This document shows, piece by piece, positions 9,588 through 18,371 of a stretch of 42,478 nt of DNA. Each line of letters begins with the position of its first letter. Within the stretch, counting starts at the first letter, position 1. The stretch spans positions 1-42,478 of the forward strand of contig CAYODU010000002.1 of NCBI GenBank assembly GCA_964402905.1, written 5' to 3'. This DNA is from an uncultured archaeon. GTDB lineage: Archaea; Iainarchaeota; Iainarchaeia; Iainarchaeales; JAAZKV01. The notes under the pieces were generated by a model. The model saw only the letters and a list, made by a program, of their open reading frames with translations. It ran no database searches and was not told the origin of the DNA. The position numbers were made by a program, and so were the translations under genes.

Positions 9588-9707
9588 TTATCTTTTCAAG
9601 TATGATATTGATGGTTGGGAAAATATTTTTCTGCATTTGTCTGAGCAGAATTTTTCTCCTTCACTTGCTTCAAAAATTATTCCGCAACGCGGACACATTC
9701 TTTGCAT
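9588..9707 (-). CDS. Small zinc-ribbon protein (39 aa, CPxCG...FCSxxC type), below the ORF-track cutoff
   Basis: ATG at 9707 preceded by AAAGGTGAG 4 nt upstream. Product: MQRMCPRCGIIFEASEGEKFCSDKCRKIFSQPSISYLKR. The CxxC-x12-CxxxC pattern with FCS resembles TRASH/FCS/DUF2116-type fingers. A TATA-like atttaaaag lies about 45 nt upstream. Confidence 0.4.
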   Translation of the reverse strand: MQRMCPRCGIIFEASEGEKFCSDKCRKIFSQPSISYLKR

Positions 9708-9792
9708 TTTCTCACCTTTGCTAAAATATTCTCTACGGGGTAATAGCTTTTAAATCCGATTTTTGGTTGTCGTAAAAGTGCTTTATTTTGTT

Positions 9793-10314
9793 TTATTCAA
9801 AGAATTGTCTGTCAAGTTCGGCTGCTGAACGTTTTAGCTGGTTAAAAACACGGTCTATGTCATCTTCTATTTCTTCAATAGTTCTTTCAATACTTCTACT
9901 TCTTGCAGAGTAGTATTTCCCGTTCTTTTCAATTAAACCTGAACGTAGGAGATTGTTTAAGTGATTAATAGTGCTTCCTCGTGACATCCCTATTCTCTCT
10001 GCTAATGCGGTACTTGTTAGAGCTTCCCCTTTTTCAGTGGCTATAACTATTTCTTTGAATACTGCTGCTGCATTTTTATCCTTATCAATTGGTTCAAAAA
10101 AGCCTAAACTAGAGCAGATCCATGCAAATTGGTGGTCAAAATCGCTTTTCATTGGGCGTTCTACTTTTCTCACAACTACCTTAAAGTAGCTTCTTCTTGG
10201 AGAAAGGTGCTTTACTGCGCCCTTCATTATTGGCAAATGGTAAGTATCCCTTTTTATTATTTGGAGAGCATTATTTCTGTTTTCTTTTTTGCTCTCTTCT
10301 CGATTTTCTCCCAT
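9793..10314 (-). CDS. Winged-helix DNA-binding transcriptional regulator, divergent from grpE-dnaK-dnaJ
   Basis: HTH-like core LTSTALAERIGMSRGSTINHLNNLLRSGLIEKNGKYY, followed by a coiled-coil-like tail. ATG 10314 is preceded by GGTGAA. Confidence 0.6.
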   Translation of the reverse strand: MGENREESKKENRNNALQIIKRDTYHLPIMKGAVKHLSPRRSYFKVVVRKVERPMKSDFDHQFAWICSSLGFFEPIDKDKNAAAVFKEIVIATEKGEALTSTALAERIGMSRGSTINHLNNLLRSGLIEKNGKYYSARSRSIERTIEEIEDDIDRVFNQLKRSAAELDRQFFE

Positions 10315-10332
10315 ATATTCACCAAAAAACAG

Positions 10333-10380
10333 CTAAGATGTTTGTCTTAGAAACTATTTAAAAACCTTTTGTCTAAGAAA
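10333..10380. promoter_or_regulatory. Candidate operator plus TATA box in the regulator/grpE divergent spacer
   Basis: Inverted half-sites CTAAGA (10333-10338) and TCTTAG (10345-10350), and a third CTAAGA at 10373-10378. The 13-mers tttgtcttagaaa (10341-10353) and tttgtctaagaaa (10368-10380) differ at one base and bracket the TATA-like tatttaaaaa (10355-10364). Confidence 0.45.
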
Positions 10381-10450
10381 TACGTATATTGTCCACACAG
10401 TTTAAACAAAAATGGTATTTTTTAAAAGGATTTTGTTTTTTGGTGTTATA

Positions 10451-11032
10451 ATGAATAAAGGAAAAGAAAAACAAAAAGAGTCTGTTCAAGAGCCTGTAGA
10501 ACCACAGGATGAAAAAGAGACTAAAAAAGGGAGTATCTTGGAACTAGAAAATGAGATAATTTCTCTTACAAATACACTTAAACGGCTTCAAGCAGATTTT
10601 GAAAATTACCAAAAGCGAACAGAGAGACAAAATAACGAATTCAGACAATTTGCAAGTGCAAGTATTATTGAACAATTACTTCCAGTGCTTGATTCTCTTG
10701 AACAAGGGATGAAACATAGCAAAGAATTGGTTTTGATTCACGACCAGCTAAATTCAATACTAAAGAAAAATGGTTTGGAAAAAATAGTTGCCACAAAGGG
10801 ATGTAACTTTGATCACGATAAAATGGAGTGTTTGATGCAAGAAGAATGCAAAGAAGTTGAAGAAGACAAAGTAGCGAATGTTTTGTTAACAGGATACACT
10901 TTAAACGGAAAAATACTTAGACTTGCAAAAGTAAGTATAAGAAAAAGTAATTCTAAAGAATCGGAAACTGGAAATGAAGATAAAGATGAAAATGAAAATA
11001 AAAGTAAAAATGAAAAAGAAAATTTTAAATAA
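10451..11032 (+). CDS. grpE: Nucleotide exchange factor GrpE
   Basis: Coiled-coil N-terminal region with LKRLQADFENYQKR, then LLPVLDSLE; sits directly upstream of dnaK. ATG 10451 follows GGTGTTAT. The in-frame ATG 10412 (ORF-track start) is an alternative. Low-complexity acidic/Lys tail. Confidence 0.85.
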   Translation: MNKGKEKQKESVQEPVEPQDEKETKKGSILELENEIISLTNTLKRLQADFENYQKRTERQNNEFRQFASASIIEQLLPVLDSLEQGMKHSKELVLIHDQLNSILKKNGLEKIVATKGCNFDHDKMECLMQEECKEVEEDKVANVLLTGYTLNGKILRLAKVSIRKSNSKESETGNEDKDENENKSKNEKENFK

Positions 11033-11055
11033 ATTATTTTTATTGAGGTGGTATA

Positions 11056-12930
11056 ATGAGTAAAATAATTGGAATTGATCTCGGAACATCAAATAGTGCA
11101 GCCGCAGTACTTGAAGGGGGTAGACCAAAAATAATTCCTTCAGCAGAAGGAAATACAGTTTATGGAAAAGCCTTTCCAAGCTATGTTGCATTTTCAAAAG
11201 ATGGAAAAATGCTTGTGGGAGAACCCGCAAGAAGACAAGCAGTAACAAATCCAGAGCGAACAATTACGAGAGCCAAAAGAAAAATGGGTACTTCATTCAA
11301 ATACAAAATTGATGATAAAGAATATACTCCTCAGCAAATATCAGCTTTTATTTTACAAAAAATAAAGCGTGACGCAGAATCATTTTTAGGAGAAAAAGTT
11401 GACAAAGCAGTAATAACAGTTCCTGCTTACTTTGATGACAATCAAAGACAAGCAACAAAAGATGCTGGAGCAATTGCTGGACTTGAAGTTGTAAGAATAA
11501 TTAACGAACCAACAGCAGCATCACTTGCATATGGTTTAGACAAAAAAAATGATTCAAAAATACTTGTATTTGATTTGGGTGGTGGAACTCTTGATGTAAC
11601 TATAATGGAACTGGGCGATGGAGTCTTTGAAGTAAAATCAACTTCAGGTGATACTGAACTTGGTGGAACAGATATGGATGAAGAAATAATAAAATACATC
11701 GCAGAAGAATTCAAAAAAGAACAAGGCGTTGATATTACAAAAGATCCAATGGCATTACAAAGAGTAAGAGAAGCTGCAGAAAAAGCAAAGATTGAATTAT
11801 CAACTACAACAGAAACCGACATCAATCTTCCTTATGTAACGGCTGATGCAAATGGTCCAAAACACTTAACGCTTAAATTAAATAGAGCAAAACTTGAAAC
11901 ACTTATTGAGCCAATTATTAAGCGTTGTGAAAAACCTATTACACAAGCGCTAGCAGATGCAAAGCTTACTGCTGCAGACATAAGTAAATTAATTATGGTT
12001 GGTGGGCCCACAAGAATGCCTGTTGTACAACAATTCGTAAAAAAAGTTACTGGTATTGAACCCGAAAGAGGGATTGATCCAATGGAATGTGTTGCAATGG
12101 GGGCTGCTGTACAGGGCGGAGTTCTTAGTGGTGAAGTAAAAGATGTTTTGCTTTTAGATGTCACTCCCCTTAGTCTTGGAATAGAAACCCTTGGAGGGGT
12201 TTTTACAAAAATAATTGATAGAAATACTACAATTCCTACAAAGAAATCTCAGGTTTTTTCAACTGCTGCAGATAATCAATCAACAGTGGATATACATGTT
12301 TTGCAGGGAGAAAGACCCCTAGCAAAAGATAATAAAACTCTTGGGAGATTCCAGTTAACAGGAATATTGCCTGCGCCAAGAGGAATACCGCAAATTGAAG
12401 TGGCATTTGATATTGATGCAAATGGAATAGTAAATGTTTCAGCAAAAGACAAGGGCACAGGAAAAGAACAGAGCATAAAGATTGTTGCTTCACAAAAACT
12501 TGGTGATGCAGAAATAGAGAAAATGAAGAAAGAAGCTGAGGCACATGCAGACGAAGATAAAAAAGTAAAAGAAGAAATCGAAATAATAAATAATGCAGAT
12601 GCAACAGTTTATTCAACAGAAAAAATGCTTGAAGAAATAAAAGATAAGATTTCAGCAGAACAAAAAACAAGTGTTGAAGAAAAGTTAAAGGCTTTGAAAG
12701 ATGAAATGGCAAAAGAACCAAAAAATGTATCAACAATAAAAACAAAGTTTGAAGAACTAAATAAAACACTTCAGGACGTTGGTTCACAAGTATACAAGAA
12801 TGCACAGCAAGAACAACAAGCAGGGCAAGAACAACAATCATCTAGTGGAAAAGAAGAACAAAAACAAAATAAAGGGGATGATAAAGTTGTTGATGCCGAA
12901 TTCGAAGAAAAAGACGATAACAAAAAGTGA
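11056..12930 (+). CDS. dnaK: Molecular chaperone DnaK (Hsp70)
   Basis: [27 protein letters not shown] and other canonical Hsp70 signatures over 624 aa. GAGGTGGT Shine-Dalgarno upstream. Confidence 0.97.
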   Translation: MSKIIGIDLGTSNSAAAVLEGGRPKIIPSAEGNTVYGKAFPSYVAFSKDGKMLVGEPARRQAVTNPERTITRAKRKMGTSFKYKIDDKEYTPQQISAFILQKIKRDAESFLGEKVDKAVITVPAYFDDNQRQATKDAGAIAGLEVVRIINEPTAASLAYGLDKKNDSKILVFDLGGGTLDVTIMELGDGVFEVKSTSGDTELGGTDMDEEIIKYIAEEFKKEQGVDITKDPMALQRVREAAEKAKIELSTTTETDINLPYVTADANGPKHLTLKLNRAKLETLIEPIIKRCEKPITQALADAKLTAADISKLIMVGGPTRMPVVQQFVKKVTGIEPERGIDPMECVAMGAAVQGGVLSGEVKDVLLLDVTPLSLGIETLGGVFTKIIDRNTTIPTKKSQVFSTAADNQSTVDIHVLQGERPLAKDNKTLGRFQLTGILPAPRGIPQIEVAFDIDANGIVNVSAKDKGTGKEQSIKIVASQKLGDAEIEKMKKEAEAHADEDKKVKEEIEIINNADATVYSTEKMLEEIKDKISAEQKTSVEEKLKALKDEMAKEPKNVSTIKTKFEELNKTLQDVGSQVYKNAQQEQQAGQEQQSSSGKEEQKQNKGDDKVVDAEFEEKDDNKK

Positions 12931-13025
12931 ATTACAAAAAGTAAATCCCGAAATAAAATTATCAAAATCTGAACGTACAGGAAAAGATTGTGCCAAGGGT
13001 AATGCACAAAGAAATAAAAAAGAAG

Positions 13026-13054
13026 TGTGGTTTGCAAGTTAAACCACATTTCTT
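13026..13054 (+). terminator. Hairpin plus T-rich tail downstream of dnaK
   Basis: Perfect 8-bp stem TGTGGTTT/AAACCACA (13026-13033 and 13041-13048) with a 7-nt loop, followed by tttctt. Confidence 0.4.
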
Positions 13055-13096
13055 AAAGCCTTTTAGTCAAAATATTTTAGTGATATTGTGCCAGTA

Positions 13097-13408
13097 ATGC
13101 AAAGAAGAGAAAGTGTATTCGCCGGGGTTGCGAATTTTTTTCGAGAAGGGAACAAAGATTATTGGGAAGGACAGCGTTTTTTGGCCCAAAATAGATTGTT
13201 AATGGGCAAAAGTAGAGATGCTGTAGCAGACGCTATTCTTTTTTCACGAGCTTCAAGAAAACTTGAACAAATAAGAGCAAATGAAATTAAAAGAGGTGCA
13301 AGGCAGTTAAGTAAGGCTACAAGAGCACGCAGAAATTCTGCAATAAAAGCAATTGCACGAACTGAAGGTATGCAACGGAGAATTAAATTAACTCCACCAA
13401 AAAAATAA
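13097..13408 (+). CDS. Hypothetical basic Arg/Ala-rich protein inserted between dnaK and dnaJ
   Basis: Open frame of about 103 aa from ATG 13097 (GTG 13088 in the track). Product is rich in R, A and K and ends RIKLTPPKK. I recognise no family. Locally less AT-rich than the surroundings by eye. Confidence 0.4.
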   Translation: MQRRESVFAGVANFFREGNKDYWEGQRFLAQNRLLMGKSRDAVADAILFSRASRKLEQIRANEIKRGARQLSKATRARRNSAIKAIARTEGMQRRIKLTPPKK

Positions 13409-13470
13409 ATTTAAGTAAAGATTATTTTAATTGTAATTAATATTTGTTTTAAAAAAATGGTTGATTTTTA

Positions 13471-14592
13471 ATGACTGATTATTATTCTGTGTTGGGTTTA
13501 AAAAAAGGGGCTTCTGTTGACGAAATAAAAAAAGCATATAAGAAACTTGCTAAACAATATCATCCAGATGTTTCTAAAGAAGCGGATGCTGAGAAAAAGT
13601 TTAAGGAAGTAGTTGAAGCTTATCAAGTGCTATCTGACCCAGAAAAAAAGCAGAACTATGATAACTATGGGGATGCCTACAAGAATTTCCAAGGTTACCA
13701 AGGGTATGGTGGGCAAAGTTATGGCGCGGGCTTTGATTTTGATTTTGAAGATATATTCAATCAATTTACCGGCTTTGATTTTGATTTAGGAAATCTTTTT
13801 GGCTCAAGAACAAAATCAGCACAAAAAGATAATGGTTCCAATATAAAAGTGGAGTTATCTCTGAGTTTTAATGAAGCTGTTTTTGGTGTAACAAAAGATA
13901 TTATTTATGAAAGAATTGTCCGCTGTGAAAAGTGTGGGGGTAGTGGTGCACAAGGTGAATTAAAAGACTGTGATATTTGCAAAGGAAGAGGAGTAGAAAT
14001 CCGCCAACAAAGAACTCCGTTTGGAATATTTCAAACACAAACCGCTTGTCATAAATGTCACGGGAAAGGAAAAATTGCTGAGAATGATTGTAAAGAATGT
14101 AATGGAAATGGATTTATAACAAAAAAAGAGAAGTTAAGTGTAAAGATACCTGCGGGAATAGCAACAGGAAACCATTTACGTTTACAAGGAAAGGGAAATC
14201 AGGGTAAGCATGGAGAAGGGGATTTGTATGTGCTTGTTTTTGTTGAAATGCACGAGATATTTAAGAGAGATGAATTTGATATTTATGCTGAAATACCAAT
14301 TTCTTTTTCTGAAGCAGCTATGGGTGCGACAATAGAAGTACCCACACTAAAAGGCAAAGCCGATTTAAAGATTCCCGGAGGAACACAAACAGGAACAATA
14401 TTCAAAATGAAGGGGAAAGGAATACAAATAGTAAATTCTAGCTCAGTTGGAGACGAATACATTAAAGTTATTGTTGAAACACCAAAGAAAATGTCTAAAA
14501 AAGAAAAAGAGTTGTTTGAAAAACTTGAAAAAGAAGAGAAGACTGCAAAAAAAAGAAAGACTTTTTTTCAAAGGATACTTGGCAAGTTCTGA
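13471..14592 (+). CDS. dnaJ: Co-chaperone DnaJ (Hsp40, type I)
   Basis: J-domain DYYSVLGL...[14 protein letters not shown], a G/F-rich linker and four CxxCxGxG zinc-finger repeats ([32 protein letters not shown]). Confidence 0.97.
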   Translation: MTDYYSVLGLKKGASVDEIKKAYKKLAKQYHPDVSKEADAEKKFKEVVEAYQVLSDPEKKQNYDNYGDAYKNFQGYQGYGGQSYGAGFDFDFEDIFNQFTGFDFDLGNLFGSRTKSAQKDNGSNIKVELSLSFNEAVFGVTKDIIYERIVRCEKCGGSGAQGELKDCDICKGRGVEIRQQRTPFGIFQTQTACHKCHGKGKIAENDCKECNGNGFITKKEKLSVKIPAGIATGNHLRLQGKGNQGKHGEGDLYVLVFVEMHEIFKRDEFDIYAEIPISFSEAAMGATIEVPTLKGKADLKIPGGTQTGTIFKMKGKGIQIVNSSSVGDEYIKVIVETPKKMSKKEKELFEKLEKEEKTAKKRKTFFQRILGKF

Positions 14593-14633
14593 CCAATGAA
14601 AAAGAATTTATATCCAAAGGGCTTTATTATTTC

Positions 14634-15149
14634 ATGACAAAAAAAGTGTTTGTTTTAATAACTCTTGTTGTTCTTGCGTTATTTGTACTTTCTTTTGGTT
14701 GCACTACAAGTAATTTGGGTTCGGTTAGTTCACAGGATTTATCTTTATTACAGGAAAAATATGGTGTTAAAGATAATTTTTCTCCGAATTTGGGCGTAAT
14801 GAATAACTATGTAAGCGAGCTTTCAGTACTCAGAGCAAGAAGTTCTCTTGGGATAACAAATGTTCTTGAAGCTGAACTTAATTCCGCACAAGCTTTTTAT
14901 TACTTTCAAAAAGCAATTAGCGAATCACAGCTAATAACCACCGAGAAAGATTTTTGTAGTTCAAAAGAATTTATTGATGTAAAAAATTATATTGAGTTAT
15001 CGCTAAATTATTCAAACAAAGCAGTTAATTTGATCTCTTCTTTTAATTTAGAAGAGCTTTCATTATTGCGAACAGATCAATTAGAAATTGTAAGCCAACT
15101 AAAAAGTGATGCGCTAAATATTCAGAGTGATTTGAAGAAACGCTGTTGA
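14634..15149 (+). CDS. Hypothetical secreted protein / putative lipoprotein
   Basis: N-terminal signal-like MTKKVFVLITLVVLALFVLSFGC with a lipobox-like SFGC followed by TTSN. The remainder is hydrophilic. Confidence 0.55.
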   Translation: MTKKVFVLITLVVLALFVLSFGCTTSNLGSVSSQDLSLLQEKYGVKDNFSPNLGVMNNYVSELSVLRARSSLGITNVLEAELNSAQAFYYFQKAISESQLITTEKDFCSSKEFIDVKNYIELSLNYSNKAVNLISSFNLEELSLLRTDQLEIVSQLKSDALNIQSDLKKRC

Positions 15150-15197
15150 TTTCTTTAGTAGCTTTTATTAAAAAGCTTTTTCTGTAGATTAATAATT

Positions 15198-15791
15198 ATG
15201 AATAAATCTTTTTACAAAAAGGGTGCTGAAGCGGAACTGACAGAAACCGTTTTTCAAAGCGAAAAAGCGATTTTAAAAGAAAGAATTCCAAAGAGCTATC
15301 GCAGTAGTGAACTTGATTTAAAGATAAGAAAACAAAGAACGCGTTCCGAGGCCAAATTATTTAAAACAGCGGCATTAAAGGTTAGGGTTCCAAAAGTTTT
15401 TGAAGTTAATGAAAATGTTTGCTCTATTTTAATGGAATTTGTTGAAGGGAAAGTGCTAAAAGATGTGGTTGAAAAAGAGCCTAAATTATGCGAAAAAGCT
15501 GGTCAACAAATAAAATTAGTTCATTCACTTGGAATAATACATGGTGATCTCACTACATCAAATCTTATTGTGACTCCCAAAAAGCAAATTTGTTTTGTTG
15601 ATTTTGGGCTAGGTTTTTTTTCAAAGCGAACAGAGGATATTGCAACTGATTTAATTGTTTTCAAAAAAACTTTTAATGCAACTCATTCTTCGTTAAAAAA
15701 CGGTTGGGAAAAAGTAATGGCGGGTTACAAACCCAATAAGGAATTATTAACAAAAATGGCTGCTATTGAAAAAAGAGCGCGTTATCATTAG
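15198..15791 (+). CDS. bud32: Kae1-associated serine/threonine kinase Bud32 (KEOPS subunit)
   Basis: KGAEAEL N-terminus, RTRSEAKLF, ILMEFVEG, GIIHGDLTTSNLI, VDFGL and ATDLIVF match the small RIO-like Bud32 kinase. TATA-like tttattaaaaag lies about 25-30 nt upstream, so the transcript is possibly leaderless. Confidence 0.9.
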   Translation: MNKSFYKKGAEAELTETVFQSEKAILKERIPKSYRSSELDLKIRKQRTRSEAKLFKTAALKVRVPKVFEVNENVCSILMEFVEGKVLKDVVEKEPKLCEKAGQQIKLVHSLGIIHGDLTTSNLIVTPKKQICFVDFGLGFFSKRTEDIATDLIVFKKTFNATHSSLKNGWEKVMAGYKPNKELLTKMAAIEKRARYH

Positions 15792-15994
15792 TTTATTATA
15801 ATTGTAATAGTTGTGTTATTTCTACAAAAAAGTAGTTGTAAATTAGAAAATACTGCTTTTATTAAAATGCCGCCTTTATTTTTCATCCGAGAGTTTGGTT
15901 TATAAATGTTCTTTTTCAGGAATATGTTATAGTTTTGTTGTTCTTTTCTAAGCCACTGAAAAAGGGGTTAGAAAGGTTAAATGTAAGTGATTTT

Positions 15995-16411
15995 ATGGCT
16001 AAAAAAGCAAAGGAAAAAGTTGAGTCGGTTGCACAGCTCGATAAAAAAGAGACTATGGAAACAGTGGTTTCTCTTGCTAATGCAGGTCATTCCCCAAGTA
16101 AAATAGGAATTATTTTAAGGGATGAATATAATGTTAAAAACTTTAAGGAATTAACAGGAAAAAGTGTTCAGGAAGTACTCAAAGAGTATAATTTGCTTGG
16201 AGAGATGCCAGAAGATATGCTTAATTTGATAAGAAAAAGTGTTATGCTTTTCAATCACATGGAAAAAAATAAAAAAGATTATTCTGCTAAAAGAGGATAT
16301 GAATTGACAGTTTCAAAAATAAGAAAGCTTGGAAGATACTATTCATCAAAAGGAAAAATTCCTGCTGATTGGAAATATACTTCTGAAAAAGCGGCTTTAC
16401 TGGTGAAGTAA
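15995..16411 (+). CDS. rps15: 30S ribosomal protein uS15 (S15P/S13e)
   Basis: SPSKIGIILRDEYNV, TGKSVQEVLKE, MPEDMLNLIRKSV, NKKDYSAKRGYEL and SKIRKLGRYY fit archaeal S15. ATG 15995 follows AAGTGAT. The track start at 15935 is a TTG extension. Confidence 0.9.
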   Translation: MAKKAKEKVESVAQLDKKETMETVVSLANAGHSPSKIGIILRDEYNVKNFKELTGKSVQEVLKEYNLLGEMPEDMLNLIRKSVMLFNHMEKNKKDYSAKRGYELTVSKIRKLGRYYSSKGKIPADWKYTSEKAALLVK

Positions 16412-16510
16412 ATGGATGTGAAAGTCGTTTTAGTAGAAAATAAAAAAATTTTGTTTGAAGGAAAAGGATTAGAAGCATTAAAAGAAGTTGATGGGATTTT
16501 AAGTAAGTGA
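16412..16510 (+). CDS. Possible 32-aa micro-ORF between rps15 and rps3ae
   Basis: ATG 16412 lies 5 nt after GGTGAA. Product: MDVKVVLVENKKILFEGKGLEALKEVDGILSK. Its stop overlaps the SD region of rps3ae. No homology recognised. Confidence 0.2.
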   Translation: MDVKVVLVENKKILFEGKGLEALKEVDGILSK

Positions 16511-16515
16511 TTTTT

Positions 16516-17112
16516 ATGGCTGCAACAGATAATAAAGCATCAACAGGAAGAAGAAAAACTGTTGATAAATGGAAAAAGAAAAAATGGTTTTCAGTAGTCG
16601 CATCAAAAGTATTTGATAGCCGTCCTTTGGGTGAAACTCCTGCAGAAAAACCGATTAATTTGATTGGAAGAACGATGAAAGTTACTCTTGATACTGTTAC
16701 TGGGCAAAGAGCAAAAAGAGATATAATAGTTTTTTTTAAGTATGCTGATGTTCAAGGACAGACAATAAACACAAAAATATCTAAATTCCAGCTCAATAAA
16801 GGGACTTATAGTAGACTAGTTAGAAGAAGAAACAGTAAAGTTGATTTTATTGGAAAAATTCGTGTTGTGGGCGGAGAAGCAAGGCTTACTATTGTTGCTA
16901 TAACAGAAACAAAGGCTACTAAAAAACAAAAGGCTGGAATAAGAAAATTAATTTCAAAAGAAATTTCTATTTTAAACGGAAAGCAATTCGAAGAAGTAGT
17001 TAGAGAAACTCTACTTGGAAGCTTTTCAAGTGATTTACAGAAAAAAGTTTCAAAAATATGCTATATAAAAAGAGTTGTGGTGGCAAAAGCAATTTTTACA
17101 GAGGCTAAATAA
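16516..17112 (+). CDS. rps3ae: 30S ribosomal protein eS1 (S3Ae)
   Basis: VDKWKKKKWFSVVASKVF...LGETPAEKP.NLIGRTMKVTL is the S3Ae N-terminal signature. ATG 16516 follows AAGTGAT plus 5 nt. Confidence 0.92.
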   Translation: MAATDNKASTGRRKTVDKWKKKKWFSVVASKVFDSRPLGETPAEKPINLIGRTMKVTLDTVTGQRAKRDIIVFFKYADVQGQTINTKISKFQLNKGTYSRLVRRRNSKVDFIGKIRVVGGEARLTIVAITETKATKKQKAGIRKLISKEISILNGKQFEEVVRETLLGSFSSDLQKKVSKICYIKRVVVAKAIFTEAK

Positions 17113-17134
17113 ACATTTTGAGGCTAAATAAATC

Positions 17135-17827
17135 ATGAGTCTAATAGAATTAGCTTTGGTTTTAGCTTTCCTTTTTTTATTCTCTATTTTTTCTCATAAG
17201 AAAAAGCTTTTGAATTATGAAGGAATATTTATCGCAAATGCAGTTGGTTTGGCAGCAATAACTTATGGGCCAAATTCGCTACTTTGTTTTTTTGCAGTAG
17301 TAATGTTTTTTGTAATTGGTGAAATTGCAAGTACTTACCCCAAGAAAAAACACGAACAGAGAAATCTTTGGAATGTTGTTGGGAATTCCTTGCCAGCGCT
17401 TGCAATTCTTTCACTTGTGGTTATTTACCCAGAATACTCTTTTTATTTTCAGCTAGGCTTTTTTGGAGCTATTTCGGCTGCACTTGCTGATACACTTTCA
17501 TCAGAGATTGGTTATTATTCAAAGTCAAAGCCAGTTCTTATAACTACATTCAAAAAAGTTAATAGGGGAATTGATGGTGGAGTAACTCTGCTTGGAGAAT
17601 ATGCGGCACTTGCTGGTTCAATTGCAATTGCTCTGCTTTATTTTTTAGTTACACAAGAAATTTTTTCAGCAATAGTTATTATCTTGGCAGGGATTGTGGG
17701 AACAAATGTAGACTCATTATTTGGTGCATTATTTGAAACAAAAAAGATTTTAAATAACACCCACGTTAATCTTATTGGGAGCACTGCAGGAGCACTATTT
17801 GCTTTTCTGCTAAGCTTTTTTTTGTAA
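17135..17827 (+). CDS. DUF92 (TMEM19-like) integral membrane protein
   Basis: Polytopic membrane protein with the GAISAALADTLSSEIG motif (family ADT..SE.G) and GIDGGVTLLGEYAALAGS. Confidence 0.7.
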   Translation: MSLIELALVLAFLFLFSIFSHKKKLLNYEGIFIANAVGLAAITYGPNSLLCFFAVVMFFVIGEIASTYPKKKHEQRNLWNVVGNSLPALAILSLVVIYPEYSFYFQLGFFGAISAALADTLSSEIGYYSKSKPVLITTFKKVNRGIDGGVTLLGEYAALAGSIAIALLYFLVTQEIFSAIVIILAGIVGTNVDSLFGALFETKKILNNTHVNLIGSTAGALFAFLLSFFL

Positions 17828-17848
17828 GTTAATTATTAATGTGGTTAG

Positions 17849-18367
17849 ATGGCACTTGAAATAATATATTTTATTGAACTAATAGTTGCGTATGTAGTAC
17901 CACTTTATTTTGCAAACGCAGCCCCGATAATATTTCATGGAAAAAAACCTGTTGATTTTGGAAAAAAAATTGGTAATAAAAGAATCCTTGGTGATGGAAA
18001 AACAATTCTTGGGGCACTCTTTGGAATAGTAGTTGGTTCTTTCTGTGGAATTTTGATTTATTTAATTTTCCCTGAAATACAGATAATTTCATCCAATTAT
18101 ATTTTACTCGCATTTCTTTTATCTGCCGGAGCAATACTCGGTGATATCGTAAAAAGTTTTTTTAAGCGTCGCGTAGGCATTAAAAGCGGGGAAAAATGGT
18201 TTTTAGTTGACCAACTTGATTTTATTATTGGTGGGCTTGTTTTGAGTTCTTTTTTTCGCTTGCCCGAGATAGAATTAATTGTGTTTTTGTTTGTTGTAAC
18301 AGTTTTTGTTCACACTGCAACAAATATTGCTGCTTTCAAATTAAAACTAAAAAAGGTCCCTTGGTGA
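17849..18367 (+). CDS. carS: CDP-archaeol synthase (CDP-2,3-bis-O-geranylgeranyl-sn-glycerol synthase)
   Basis: 172-aa membrane protein with YFANAAPIIF..KPVDFGK....RILGDGKT.LG and the C-terminal DQLDF motif typical of the DUF46/CarS family. Confidence 0.8.
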   Translation: MALEIIYFIELIVAYVVPLYFANAAPIIFHGKKPVDFGKKIGNKRILGDGKTILGALFGIVVGSFCGILIYLIFPEIQIISSNYILLAFLLSAGAILGDIVKSFFKRRVGIKSGEKWFLVDQLDFIIGGLVLSSFFRLPEIELIVFLFVVTVFVHTATNIAAFKLKLKKVPW

Positions 18368-18371
18368 AAAA

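Noticed and set aside
9502-9753. 83-aa plus-strand ORF after dus
   Set aside because: It overlaps the dus stop, has no SD, and its product is Phe/Leu/Ser-rich and membrane-unlike. The minus strand of the same DNA holds a short zinc-ribbon ORF with a good SD, which explains the region better.
10901-13049. ORFs overlapping grpE/dnaK (10901..11263, 11442..11825, 11832..12164, 12236..12841, 12276..12476, 12771..13049, 12779..13042)
   Set aside because: They are antisense or out of frame relative to unmistakable GrpE/DnaK coding sequence. Their products are repetitive and low-complexity.
17101-17132. 13-nt direct duplication gaggctaaataaa (17101-17113 and 17120-17132) spanning the rps3ae stop and the DUF92 gene leader
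   Set aside because: It is real in the sequence but tiny. It is most simply a local slippage duplication that also recreates a GAGG SD-like element. I can argue no further function.
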